Below, piece after piece: positions 29,791 to 38,675 of a stretch of 64,000 nucleotides of DNA. This DNA is from an uncultured Candidatus Saccharibacteria bacterium. GTDB taxonomy: Bacteria; Patescibacteriota; Minisyncoccia; Phycocordibacterales; UBA9973. Each line of letters starts with the position of its first letter. Within the stretch, counting starts at the first letter, position 1. The notes under the pieces were generated by a model. That model was not told the origin of the DNA. It saw only the letters and a program-made list of their open reading frames with translations, and made no database searches. A program made the translations under genes and the position numbers. Location of the stretch: NCBI GenBank assembly GCA_964639185.1, contig CAZXCN010000001.1, forward strand, positions 38,626 to 102,625, read 5' to 3'.

Positions 29791-32760
29791 ATGAGTATAG
29801 ATAGATACAAAAAAATAGTATCTTCAATTACACTAATGGTGTTTGTTTTTTCTACCATTATTGGGCCTACAGCCATAGTCTACGCGGAAGATATTGATAC
29901 TGGAAGTCAGGAGGCTACAACAAACAAAGCAGCTTATACTACGAACAACCCTGCATATACGTTCAATATACAAAATATATCCAATGTTCTACCTGCAGTT
30001 ATAGGGTGTACTGGCATTGTGAATAAAGTAAAGCAATACATGACAAGTGCTTTTGATGGCAATTCCGGAGGTATTTCAAATGATCTTACTTCATCTAAAA
30101 CAGGTACTGGTAATTATAAAGCTGGTTATGATGATGGTAGTGGTAACACAGATATCGATGGATTTAACGCTGGTATAGTAACAGAAAGTGTACCAACTGG
30201 TGATGCCTCTACTCAAAAAAATACACAAAAAAGTGCAGCAGAAGAAGCAAAAATAGCAGAAGAAGAAAAACAAAAGAGAATCAAAGATGAATGTCTAAAT
30301 GGGGTAGCATATGCATTAGCTAAAGCTCAATTGGCATCTATCACAAACAAAACAGTAAATTGGATAAATAGTGGATTCAATGGTGATCCATTATTTATTC
30401 GTGATCGTGAATCATATTTCAAAAGTCTAGGTGACCAAACATTACAAAGCCTACTTGGACCACTTGCAAATATAAATAATCAATCTCTGTATCCATTTGG
30501 ACAAGATTTTGCTCGTTCAGCAATACTATCAGCTAAAACAACATTTTTAGACAGATCAAAATCAACTCTTTCCCAATCATTAAAGCCTGGTGCAACTACA
30601 GAAGATTTTTCCAAAGATTTTAGCCAAGGTGGGTGGGATGGGTGGTTCTCCTTAACACAAAACCCTCAGAATAACCCTCTTGGATTTGGAATCATAGCAT
30701 CACAAGAACTTACTAATAAAATAAATGCAAAACAACAAGAAGCTGAAGCCGACTTGGCTCAAGGTGATGGATTCCTTTCACAAAAGAGGTGTGTGGAATA
30801 TTCAAAATCAGACGAAGGGCTAGATAATACAACAACATCTTCTTCAAAAAATTATAGTATTGTTTCAAATGATACAAATGCAAAACTAACAGGATTCTAC
30901 ATAACTACAAATTCTGTAAATATGGCTATCAAATACCAAGCAGGCGAGCTCGGCACATTGACTGCTTCTATAAAAAATTCTGCAGGTATATCCAAAGGGG
31001 CACAAATAGTTGGTAAAACAAAAAAAGGCAACAATGACCTAGGTACAACTTTCAATAGCTTGTCCGCTTCATCGAAATATGAAGTTAAATTTACATATCT
31101 AGCAGACACAGGTAGTACAGGGGAGAAAACTATTTTAACACTAAATATAACAACCCCTGACAAAGCTACTGGTAATCAGGATACAAATCGTCCAACAAAC
31201 ACATCAACAAATACAAATGCCACCCCTGAATGTATCCGCTGGGAAACAGTAACACCAGGAACAGTTATCGCTGACCAATTAAAGATAAATTTGGGTTCCT
31301 CTGTACGCCAACTTGAACTTGCTGATAGCTTGAATGAATCACTCAGTGCAATATTTGAAGCTCTAGTGAACCAGCTAGTAAATCAAGGTTTATCTAGCCT
31401 AAGTAACATAAAGAATACTTCTACAAATGGATTAGGTGGTGCTGGTAATAATAAAGTTTATGATTCTAGTGGTATTGATATCTCAGGAATATCTGCCGAA
31501 GGAATTCTAGGTAATAAATTATCAGTGAACAAAGGTTCAGGATGGTACAACACAAATGATACATTTGATATAACAAAAGATCTGGGTGATATCTATAAAT
31601 TAGAAAAGGGGAAGAAAGTGTTAGTAAAAAAAGGTATCATAACTATACAATCTGAATACATAACAGCAGTAAAAGCCTCCATGAAAGAAGCTCCACCTAT
31701 TATCCCTGCATTAGGTGAACTTGATTATTGTATTCCGGGGCCAAATCCAAACTGGAAATCAATTGCTGTTCCAAATGTAAATGAAACCATGGCAATTCTA
31801 CGAGACATAGACAAGAATGGTGTTACAACCATTGACACTTCTAACCCAAGAATGGAAGCTATTTACTCTTTTATGAGAGAATACAATCCTGGTTTTAAAT
31901 TAGGGGAAAATATTGGTAATATCTTTACAGCAAAGAGGAAGGCTGGTGAGGCACAACAGCTAAATAGTGCTATAGATGAAAGTTATTATGTTGGTAAATT
32001 ACTATTGAAGTTTAATATACAACTTATTGGTGACCAATATAAATCATACAGAGACAAGATGGACCAATTGTATGGACCAAATTCATCTATGCGTGACCCT
32101 ACTAGTGCGTGGTATTTACCAATGGCTGAAGCAGGTCTAGGATTAACAAAGAACTTGATATCTTACGACCAAAGCATGGGTGGACTCTTGGATGATTACA
32201 CTGACCAAATCAATCAAACAAATGCAAATATTTACAAACTCCAACAAATAAAGAAAAAAGTGGATGCAATAGTGGCAGCTGCTAAAAAAAGACAAGCTGC
32301 AGATATTCGAAGTGGTAAAATACAATTCTGCGCAGAAGAAGCTGGTGGCCCTATAGATACTGGTGTTACAAATGGGGGACTACTTAACAACACTAGCTCA
32401 GGAACAAAACTAAATCCAAATAACAATGGGGCAGTCAGTGGTATTGAACCTATACCAGATTTCAACTTAAGTATTACAGAATCTTTGGAGGATTGTACTG
32501 CAAAAATAATTGCAAAAAATACCTCAATAAATACAGTAGGACCTTATACTTGGAACAGAGTAACAACCGACAAAAACCAATCACAATACAATGCAACTTC
32601 TAAAGATTTTGAGTTTAATGTATCTACCTTTAGCGCATCTGGTCAAGCAAAAGTTACATTAACAATATCTGATACACTTGGTAAACCTATTAGCAAATCA
32701 AAAAACATAACAGTACCAAAAAGAACAAAAACATTATCCGGTCAGGCTTGCCCAATATAA
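29791..32760 (+). CDS. Large secreted protein (989 aa), S/T/N/G-rich, unknown family
   Basis: Signal peptide (KKIVSSITLMVFVFSTIIGPTAIVYA-ED), then low-complexity regions and beta-rich segments. Confidence 0.55.
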   Translation: MSIDRYKKIVSSITLMVFVFSTIIGPTAIVYAEDIDTGSQEATTNKAAYTTNNPAYTFNIQNISNVLPAVIGCTGIVNKVKQYMTSAFDGNSGGISNDLTSSKTGTGNYKAGYDDGSGNTDIDGFNAGIVTESVPTGDASTQKNTQKSAAEEAKIAEEEKQKRIKDECLNGVAYALAKAQLASITNKTVNWINSGFNGDPLFIRDRESYFKSLGDQTLQSLLGPLANINNQSLYPFGQDFARSAILSAKTTFLDRSKSTLSQSLKPGATTEDFSKDFSQGGWDGWFSLTQNPQNNPLGFGIIASQELTNKINAKQQEAEADLAQGDGFLSQKRCVEYSKSDEGLDNTTTSSSKNYSIVSNDTNAKLTGFYITTNSVNMAIKYQAGELGTLTASIKNSAGISKGAQIVGKTKKGNNDLGTTFNSLSASSKYEVKFTYLADTGSTGEKTILTLNITTPDKATGNQDTNRPTNTSTNTNATPECIRWETVTPGTVIADQLKINLGSSVRQLELADSLNESLSAIFEALVNQLVNQGLSSLSNIKNTSTNGLGGAGNNKVYDSSGIDISGISAEGILGNKLSVNKGSGWYNTNDTFDITKDLGDIYKLEKGKKVLVKKGIITIQSEYITAVKASMKEAPPIIPALGELDYCIPGPNPNWKSIAVPNVNETMAILRDIDKNGVTTIDTSNPRMEAIYSFMREYNPGFKLGENIGNIFTAKRKAGEAQQLNSAIDESYYVGKLLLKFNIQLIGDQYKSYRDKMDQLYGPNSSMRDPTSAWYLPMAEAGLGLTKNLISYDQSMGGLLDDYTDQINQTNANIYKLQQIKKKVDAIVAAAKKRQAADIRSGKIQFCAEEAGGPIDTGVTNGGLLNNTSSGTKLNPNNNGAVSGIEPIPDFNLSITESLEDCTAKIIAKNTSINTVGPYTWNRVTTDKNQSQYNATSKDFEFNVSTFSASGQAKVTLTISDTLGKPISKSKNITVPKRTKTLSGQACPI

Positions 32761-32763
32761 TAT

Positions 32764-34110
32764 ATGCAAAACAATCCACACAAAAGCAGAGCATTGATAA
32801 TCACCTTCGTAATAGTACTTGGGCTATTGATAGGTGGATATTTTGTATTTACTAGTGATACATTGTTTGGAGTAGAGAATAGTATTGGTCAAAAATTCTC
32901 ACCATTTCTAACAACACCAAAAGAGAAAAATCTAAATCAGATAGAAGACCCAAACACACTAGACCCAAATGGGGAAATACCCGATACGAATAATACTAGT
33001 ACTGATGATACTCTTGGAACAGACAGTGGATCAGGAGGAACAGGTAATGGATTCTCTGGTAATATTGGGAGCGGGGGAGCAACAGGCGGTATCTACACAT
33101 CACCAACAGGGGGCTCGGTTGCACTTCCAGGAAGCAAAGGGACAGTTATTACATCTAATTTTGTACCTCAATGTAGCGATAAAATAGACAATGATGCAGA
33201 TAAATTAATCGATGCATTAGATCCGGGTTGCCATAGCGACGGAGACGCAAGTAATACAAAGAGTTACAATAAAAACCAATATCTAGAATACAATTTTATA
33301 CCTGCTTGTAATGATGGAATAGACAATGATGCAGATAAATTAATCGATGCACTAGATCCAGTTTGTCATAGTGACAATAATGCAAAAAATCCTGCAACTT
33401 ATACTCCAAATTATACTTCAGAATATGTATCACAAACCAATACAAATAAAGCATCTAGCCAGTGTAATCCAGACGATCTTGCTCTTGTATTTACAGCCGA
33501 GGAACAAGCCGAGCTTGATGAATTGACTCGTCAATTCTATCGCATTGCTCCAACATTAAAGTCAACAAATGATATCCTGATAGAAGACAAGGCTAAACAA
33601 AGCTATATTGACCTAGTAAACAATGCCACAACACTTACAAATGAATGCTATGCGCAAACATATAATGATAAATATTTAGCAAATAGTACCAGCGTTGTAA
33701 CTGAAGGATTTGAAGCACTTAATACCAGATACTCATCGGACACAAAAGAAATCGATGGAACAGCATATGTTATAAAAACTTGGTATCCTTTCTTAAATAA
33801 TCAAAATGGAACACTCATCAGTGGTGGTAAGGAATTCAAAGAATCTTCAAGCTTAAGTATCCCACTATATCCTTATGCAAGCTTGAGTGGTCCAGATGCA
33901 AGTGGCCTAGGGGACAAAGGCAGGACCGAAAGACGAGGTAACCCTTATATAAGTCAAAAACCAGTATCTTCATATTGGCAAATATACGAAACAAAGCAAG
34001 CGACAAGAGACCCTAATGCTAATTATTATGGAAATGTTTACAAAAAAACCATAATTGGAAATAAATACTTCCCTTGGGCTGACTGGGAAAATATGATGGG
34101 TATTTGGTAA
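32764..34110 (+). CDS. Secreted protein with duplicated Cys-flanked D-x-D-x-D calcium-binding-like modules
   Basis: N-terminal TM/signal. Two copies of C.D.IDNDADKLIDALDP.CHSD (dockerin/EF-hand-like acidic loops) with a 33-nt perfect nucleotide repeat. Gly-rich linker. Confidence 0.5.
   Translation: MQNNPHKSRALIITFVIVLGLLIGGYFVFTSDTLFGVENSIGQKFSPFLTTPKEKNLNQIEDPNTLDPNGEIPDTNNTSTDDTLGTDSGSGGTGNGFSGNIGSGGATGGIYTSPTGGSVALPGSKGTVITSNFVPQCSDKIDNDADKLIDALDPGCHSDGDASNTKSYNKNQYLEYNFIPACNDGIDNDADKLIDALDPVCHSDNNAKNPATYTPNYTSEYVSQTNTNKASSQCNPDDLALVFTAEEQAELDELTRQFYRIAPTLKSTNDILIEDKAKQSYIDLVNNATTLTNECYAQTYNDKYLANSTSVVTEGFEALNTRYSSDTKEIDGTAYVIKTWYPFLNNQNGTLISGGKEFKESSSLSIPLYPYASLSGPDASGLGDKGRTERRGNPYISQKPVSSYWQIYETKQATRDPNANYYGNVYKKTIIGNKYFPWADWENMMGIW
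33184..33216. repeat. 33-nt exact direct repeat, copy 1 (ATAGACAATGATGCAGATAAATTAATCGATGCA)
   Basis: Identical 33-mer at 33319-33351, in frame, 135 nt (45 codons) apart. Confidence 0.8.
33319..33351. repeat. 33-nt exact direct repeat, copy 2
   Basis: Identical to 33184-33216. Confidence 0.8.
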
Positions 34111-34111
34111 T

Positions 34112-34142
34112 AAAACAGCGTGTTGAAAAACACGCTGTTTTA
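34112..34142 (+). terminator. Terminator hairpin (AAAACAGCGTGTT..AACACGCTGTTTT)
   Basis: 13-bp perfect inverted repeat with flanking A/T runs after the 32764 gene. Confidence 0.75.
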
Positions 34143-34182
34143 TATAGCAACAGTATTAATGAAATGCTATAATATTTAAAGC

Positions 34183-36615
34183 GTGAAGAAATTCTTGCCA
34201 TACATTTTAACACTATTAGTTGTCGTGAACTTATTCGCGCCATTTAGTGTTATATGGAAAGAAAACAATACTCTATCAGTAACAAAGAACGAGGCTAAAG
34301 CATCAGGTATTATAGTATTAGGAGGAGCTGGACAAATCACTTCAACAGACACCACTATATCAGTAACAGTAACTGCGGAATTTCCTACAGATTTTTCAAA
34401 AATAGATAGCGAAGGGGTTTCTGTTTATTTAAAAAAACCCACAGAAAGTGAGGAAGATGCAAAATTAGAAACCTTAACAGATAATTTCAAAGTTGTTGCT
34501 GATAAAAAAAATACCAAATCAGGTACTGTTGTTTTCCAAGACCTAACTCCCAATACACAATACCAAGTATGGTATGCTGTCTTACAAGACGAAGGTAGTG
34601 TTTGGGGCAAGCTAACAAGTGGTTGGAGGTATGGGTATGACAATACAATATCTGCTGAAGTCAGGAATCCATCTCAAAACTATTATGAAGTAACAACAAC
34701 TTCCGGAGGGCAAGCTAACGTTAACACCGAAACATCAGGTAATGCAGAGGGTATGATGCCCGCTTGTGGTGTATCAACTGGTGATGAATTATTAGGCTGT
34801 GTGGCAAAATTATTCTACTATGCAGTATTCACCACTACATCATTCTTATTTGGATTGGCAGGTAAATTCTTTGACTGGACATTTGCCTACTCTATAACAG
34901 ACACATCATACCGAACAGCTTTTGTGAACGAAGGTTGGGCAATAGTACGTGATATATGTAATATATTTTTTATATTTGTATTGTTATATGCTGCTTTCAA
35001 ATCAATATTTGGCTCACACGAAGCTAAATCAATTGTTATAAATGTAATCATTATTGGATTACTGATAAATTTTAGCCTCTTTGCTGCCCGTATCATGATA
35101 GATGCTTCAAATATTCTAGCTAGATTATTCTATACATCACAAGCAGTAGAAATATTGGCATCAGATAGTAGTGGAAATTATTCAAGGGGTGGGGTGGACA
35201 CACTACAAGATTCTGGATTGGGGGAACTTTCTCTTTCTAGTGCTTTGGTAAATAAAATTAACCCACAAAAAATTATTCTAGGGGCAAGAAATATAAATAT
35301 CAAAGATGATGCTTTGGGTGCAAATGGTAATGCCCAAAACAACAAGAATCAACCAATCGGAATTGGGGCATTTTTCCTTATCACCCTTCTAGCTGTAATT
35401 GTAAATGTGGTTGGACTCTTTGTATTCTTATCTGTTGGCCTTATATTTGTGGCCCGAGTTATTGGATTATGGATTGCTATGGTTTTGGCACCATTTGCAT
35501 TCTTTAGTTACACAGTGCCCAAACTTTCAAAAACAAAAATGCTAGGGTGGAGTAATTGGTGGAGCGATACACTAGGGCTATGTTTTGTAGCACCAATATT
35601 TATGTTTTTCCTTTATTTAATATTACTATTCTTGGAAAATGGATTCTCATCTTTGATAGACCCAAATGTTACTGGAGCAAATTTTGTCTTGGTCACAATT
35701 ATCCCATTTGTATTTATAATGATATTACTAATGACTGCTAAAAAGTTGGCAAAAGAGTATTCAGGAACAATAGGCCAAACAATTACCGGTGCAGTTACTG
35801 CAGTAGGGGCGGCGGCGCTTGGCGGGGCAGCGTTAGGCACAGCATGGGCTGGTAGAGGAGTAGGAAAAGGTTTTAATATGGCATCACAACAAGGAACAAG
35901 ACTCAAAGAAATAAAAGAACAAAAAGCTGCAGGAACATATGTAAAACAAAAGGGTGACTGGAAAGCACAAACATTTGGACGTATTGGTAATCCACTAAAC
36001 AGAACTCAAGAAAAAATAAATAAAGTTGACCACGCTAGACATGAGCTTGATACTCTTACTGAAAAAAAGTTTGGTAAGGGTCAAAGGTTTGAAAGACTTT
36101 CTGGTTATCAAAAAAGTTTGATTCAACAAGAACATGCTAAAAAGGAACGTGCTGGTGTCGAAGAAAAATACAGAAGAGAAAATGGTCTTAGTAAAAGTCA
36201 GGCTCTTACCGCAGCACAAAGAAGTGACGTTGATGCTAAACTATCACATGAATTCGATCATTTCGTTGACGAAGCTAAGAAGAAAATTTCAGGGCTTAGT
36301 CGAGCATTTTCACAAGTCAATACTGGAAGTTGGGATGTTAGAAACATGTCAGATGTAAAACAAGACAGAAGAGAAGGTTTGATAACCAAATTCTCATCAA
36401 AATTAATGTCTGGTACTGCTGGGGGAATGCGTATGGGATTAAATAAAAGTGCTGATATAAATTACGGAAAAGGTTTTGCTGATATTTTTAAGGATCTTGG
36501 CCATACAATAACAGAAGCCTTGAAGAGTGCTAAATTTGAAATAAAAGCCGACGCTTCTCACGGAGCTGGAGCTGCTGAAAGTGGACATGATGCTGGACAT
36601 GGAGGAGGGCATTAG
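34183..36615 (+). CDS. Polytopic membrane protein, VirB6/TrbL-like candidate, with N-terminal FN3-like ectodomain and long charged cytoplasmic tail ending in His/Gly-rich segment
   Basis: Signal/TM, then ectodomain with DLTPNTQYQVWYAV (FN3-like). At least six hydrophobic helices. About 270-aa K/E/R-rich tail ending HGAGAAESGHDAGHGGGH. Assignment to VirB6 is by architecture and context only. Confidence 0.45.
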   Translation: MKKFLPYILTLLVVVNLFAPFSVIWKENNTLSVTKNEAKASGIIVLGGAGQITSTDTTISVTVTAEFPTDFSKIDSEGVSVYLKKPTESEEDAKLETLTDNFKVVADKKNTKSGTVVFQDLTPNTQYQVWYAVLQDEGSVWGKLTSGWRYGYDNTISAEVRNPSQNYYEVTTTSGGQANVNTETSGNAEGMMPACGVSTGDELLGCVAKLFYYAVFTTTSFLFGLAGKFFDWTFAYSITDTSYRTAFVNEGWAIVRDICNIFFIFVLLYAAFKSIFGSHEAKSIVINVIIIGLLINFSLFAARIMIDASNILARLFYTSQAVEILASDSSGNYSRGGVDTLQDSGLGELSLSSALVNKINPQKIILGARNINIKDDALGANGNAQNNKNQPIGIGAFFLITLLAVIVNVVGLFVFLSVGLIFVARVIGLWIAMVLAPFAFFSYTVPKLSKTKMLGWSNWWSDTLGLCFVAPIFMFFLYLILLFLENGFSSLIDPNVTGANFVLVTIIPFVFIMILLMTAKKLAKEYSGTIGQTITGAVTAVGAAALGGAALGTAWAGRGVGKGFNMASQQGTRLKEIKEQKAAGTYVKQKGDWKAQTFGRIGNPLNRTQEKINKVDHARHELDTLTEKKFGKGQRFERLSGYQKSLIQQEHAKKERAGVEEKYRRENGLSKSQALTAAQRSDVDAKLSHEFDHFVDEAKKKISGLSRAFSQVNTGSWDVRNMSDVKQDRREGLITKFSSKLMSGTAGGMRMGLNKSADINYGKGFADIFKDLGHTITEALKSAKFEIKADASHGAGAAESGHDAGHGGGH

Positions 36616-36666
36616 GAAAGATAAGCAGAAAGTAGTAAGGAAATACTAATTTAAAAAATAATTGAA

Positions 36667-37578
36667 ATGGATCAACAACAACTACAACAAAAGATCGCTG
36701 AATACGCAAGCAAGCTTCCACCAAATGCCCAAGAGTATTTTATCAAAATGGATTGGATGAATGTACTACAAACTATTGCGACTAAGTACCAGCTAAACGA
36801 ACAACAAGTAGCAAGCCTTGGTACTGAAACAACACTATTATTACTAGGTATAGTGCACCCAGATGAATATACAGGCTTCTTAAAGAAGGAGATAAATATG
36901 GAAGAAGAGGCAAGTGTACAAATGTTTAATGATATTAATACTCAGATAATTGGCAACTTGCGTGGTGACCTAGAGAGTGCCCATATGGCAAACTCGATAG
37001 AACTTGCAGAGAATGAATATGGTGATAATCTGGAAACAGAAATGAATATTCCTGAAGCCCCGAAGCCACCATACGTATCCACACCACCAGCACCAAATTT
37101 ATCTATTCCAAATGCTCCAACTCCATCATACAAGCCTGCTCCGGAAGCAATAGCTACTGTGGCTATACCAGTTGAATCTGAAGCAGACATATCAATAGAA
37201 ACAGCAAATAGCCCTACCAATATAAACCCAGCAAAAGATAGCTCTAATATTTTTTCAAATGCTGGTATAGAGATGGTGTCTATAAATAAATCCGACACTA
37301 CCATCGGAAGCCAGCCAAAGGTAATGCCATTAGTTACAAGGAGTTTCAATACAGCTGACAGGTTCATGGAATCTGGAATTGATATAATTCCCGAGCGTAA
37401 AGCTGACGATGTATTCAAGCCTAATTCTGCTACTGGGGCAGAAACTCTATCTGGTATAAATAATCCAACAATGGGTGTTGTTAATATGCTAGGCGATAAA
37501 CTAAATAAAGCCACAGTAACACCAACAACACAAAGCAACCAAAGCTTGAACAAAGACCCTTACAAAGAACAAATATAA
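36667..37578 (+). CDS. Hypothetical protein with P/S/T/N-rich low-complexity C-terminal half
   Basis: ORF. The minus-strand ORF 36942-37553 overlapping it is judged spurious. Confidence 0.4.
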   Translation: MDQQQLQQKIAEYASKLPPNAQEYFIKMDWMNVLQTIATKYQLNEQQVASLGTETTLLLLGIVHPDEYTGFLKKEINMEEEASVQMFNDINTQIIGNLRGDLESAHMANSIELAENEYGDNLETEMNIPEAPKPPYVSTPPAPNLSIPNAPTPSYKPAPEAIATVAIPVESEADISIETANSPTNINPAKDSSNIFSNAGIEMVSINKSDTTIGSQPKVMPLVTRSFNTADRFMESGIDIIPERKADDVFKPNSATGAETLSGINNPTMGVVNMLGDKLNKATVTPTTQSNQSLNKDPYKEQI

Positions 37579-37579
37579 T

Positions 37580-37981
37580 ATGCAATTCAAAGTACCACAA
37601 TTTATCGATGTAGAGGACAAATTATTTGGCCCATTTACTTTTAAACAATTTGCTTATATGGCAGGTGGTGGGGGATTGGTATATATATTGTATAAAGTAT
37701 TACCTATATGGATCGCTATTCCACTAATAATACCTGTGGTAATACTTACAGCATTACTTACTTTTTATAAAATCAATGGCAAATCTTTTCTATACTACCT
37801 ACAAGCAAGCATTACATATGCAACAAAAAGCAAGCTCTATGTATGGAAGCAACGCTTACAGAGGCCAGATACAAAGAAGGATATACCTAATCTACCTACA
37901 CAAACATCAGTAGTTCCAACACTTTCAGGAAGCAAACTCAAGGATTTATCTTGGAGCCTTGATGTACTAGACAAGAAATAG
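37580..37981 (+). CDS. PrgI-like / VirB3-like small membrane protein of type IV secretion systems
   Basis: 133 aa. N-terminal VPQFIDVEDKLFGPFTFKQF followed by two hydrophobic helices resembles PrgI-family (VirB3-analogue) proteins. Sits immediately upstream of VirB4. Confidence 0.5.
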   Translation: MQFKVPQFIDVEDKLFGPFTFKQFAYMAGGGGLVYILYKVLPIWIAIPLIIPVVILTALLTFYKINGKSFLYYLQASITYATKSKLYVWKQRLQRPDTKKDIPNLPTQTSVVPTLSGSKLKDLSWSLDVLDKK

Positions 37982-38024
37982 TTTCCCCTTACTACTTATT
38001 GAATCTACATGTTACAATAACATT

Positions 38025-38672
38025 ATGTCGCTTGATGCAAAAAGATCACAAGAATTTGTTCCAATAAAAGAAGTTCGCGATGGTATCATTATATTAAAAG
38101 ATGGTGGTCTTCGTGCGGTTCTTGTTGCTTCATCTATCAATTTATCACTCAAATCCTCAGACGAACAAAGGGCTGTTATCTCTAATTTTCAAAACTTTCT
38201 AAATGGATTGGATTTTTCTATACAAATAGTAGTTCAATCACGCAGGCTTGATATTCGACCATATTTACTAACACTCGAAGAGCGTATGAAGTTACAAGTA
38301 GAGCCACTTATAAAAATCCAAACCAAAGAATATATGGAATTTATTCAGTCATTTACAAATGAAGTAAACATAATGACCAAAAGTTTCTTTGTTGTTGTAC
38401 CATACAGTGGTGGAACATTTAAATCCGACGAGAGCATAGTGGAAAAAGTCTTAGACATGAAAAAAGCAAAGAAAACTAATTCAAAGAAGGAGGCCGACCT
38501 AGCCAGTTTTGAGGAAAAGAGGTCACAATTGGACCAGCGAGTATCCATGATAAGTCAGGGGTTAGGTGGGTTTGGAGTACGTAGTTCACAATTAGGAACC
38601 GAAGAAGTTATCGAGATGTTTTACAAGACATTTAATCCTGGTGATATAAGTCAGGGAATAAAATTAGAATAA
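38025..38672 (+). CDS. VirB4/TrbE/CagE-family ATPase, N-terminal segment (terminated by an in-frame TAA)
   Basis: FVPIKEVRDGIIILKDGGLRAVLVASSINLSLKSSDEQRAVISNFQNFLN matches the conserved N-terminal region of VirB4 proteins. Same reading frame as the downstream ATPase ORF, separated only by TAA-TAT-ATG. Confidence 0.65.
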   Translation: MSLDAKRSQEFVPIKEVRDGIIILKDGGLRAVLVASSINLSLKSSDEQRAVISNFQNFLNGLDFSIQIVVQSRRLDIRPYLLTLEERMKLQVEPLIKIQTKEYMEFIQSFTNEVNIMTKSFFVVVPYSGGTFKSDESIVEKVLDMKKAKKTNSKKEADLASFEEKRSQLDQRVSMISQGLGGFGVRSSQLGTEEVIEMFYKTFNPGDISQGIKLE

Positions 38673-38675
38673 TAT

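Noticed and set aside
36942-37553. 203-aa ORF on the minus strand
   Set aside because: It lies entirely antisense within the better-supported plus-strand gene 36667-37578, in a low-complexity region. It has no start context or independent support. It is judged a shadow ORF.
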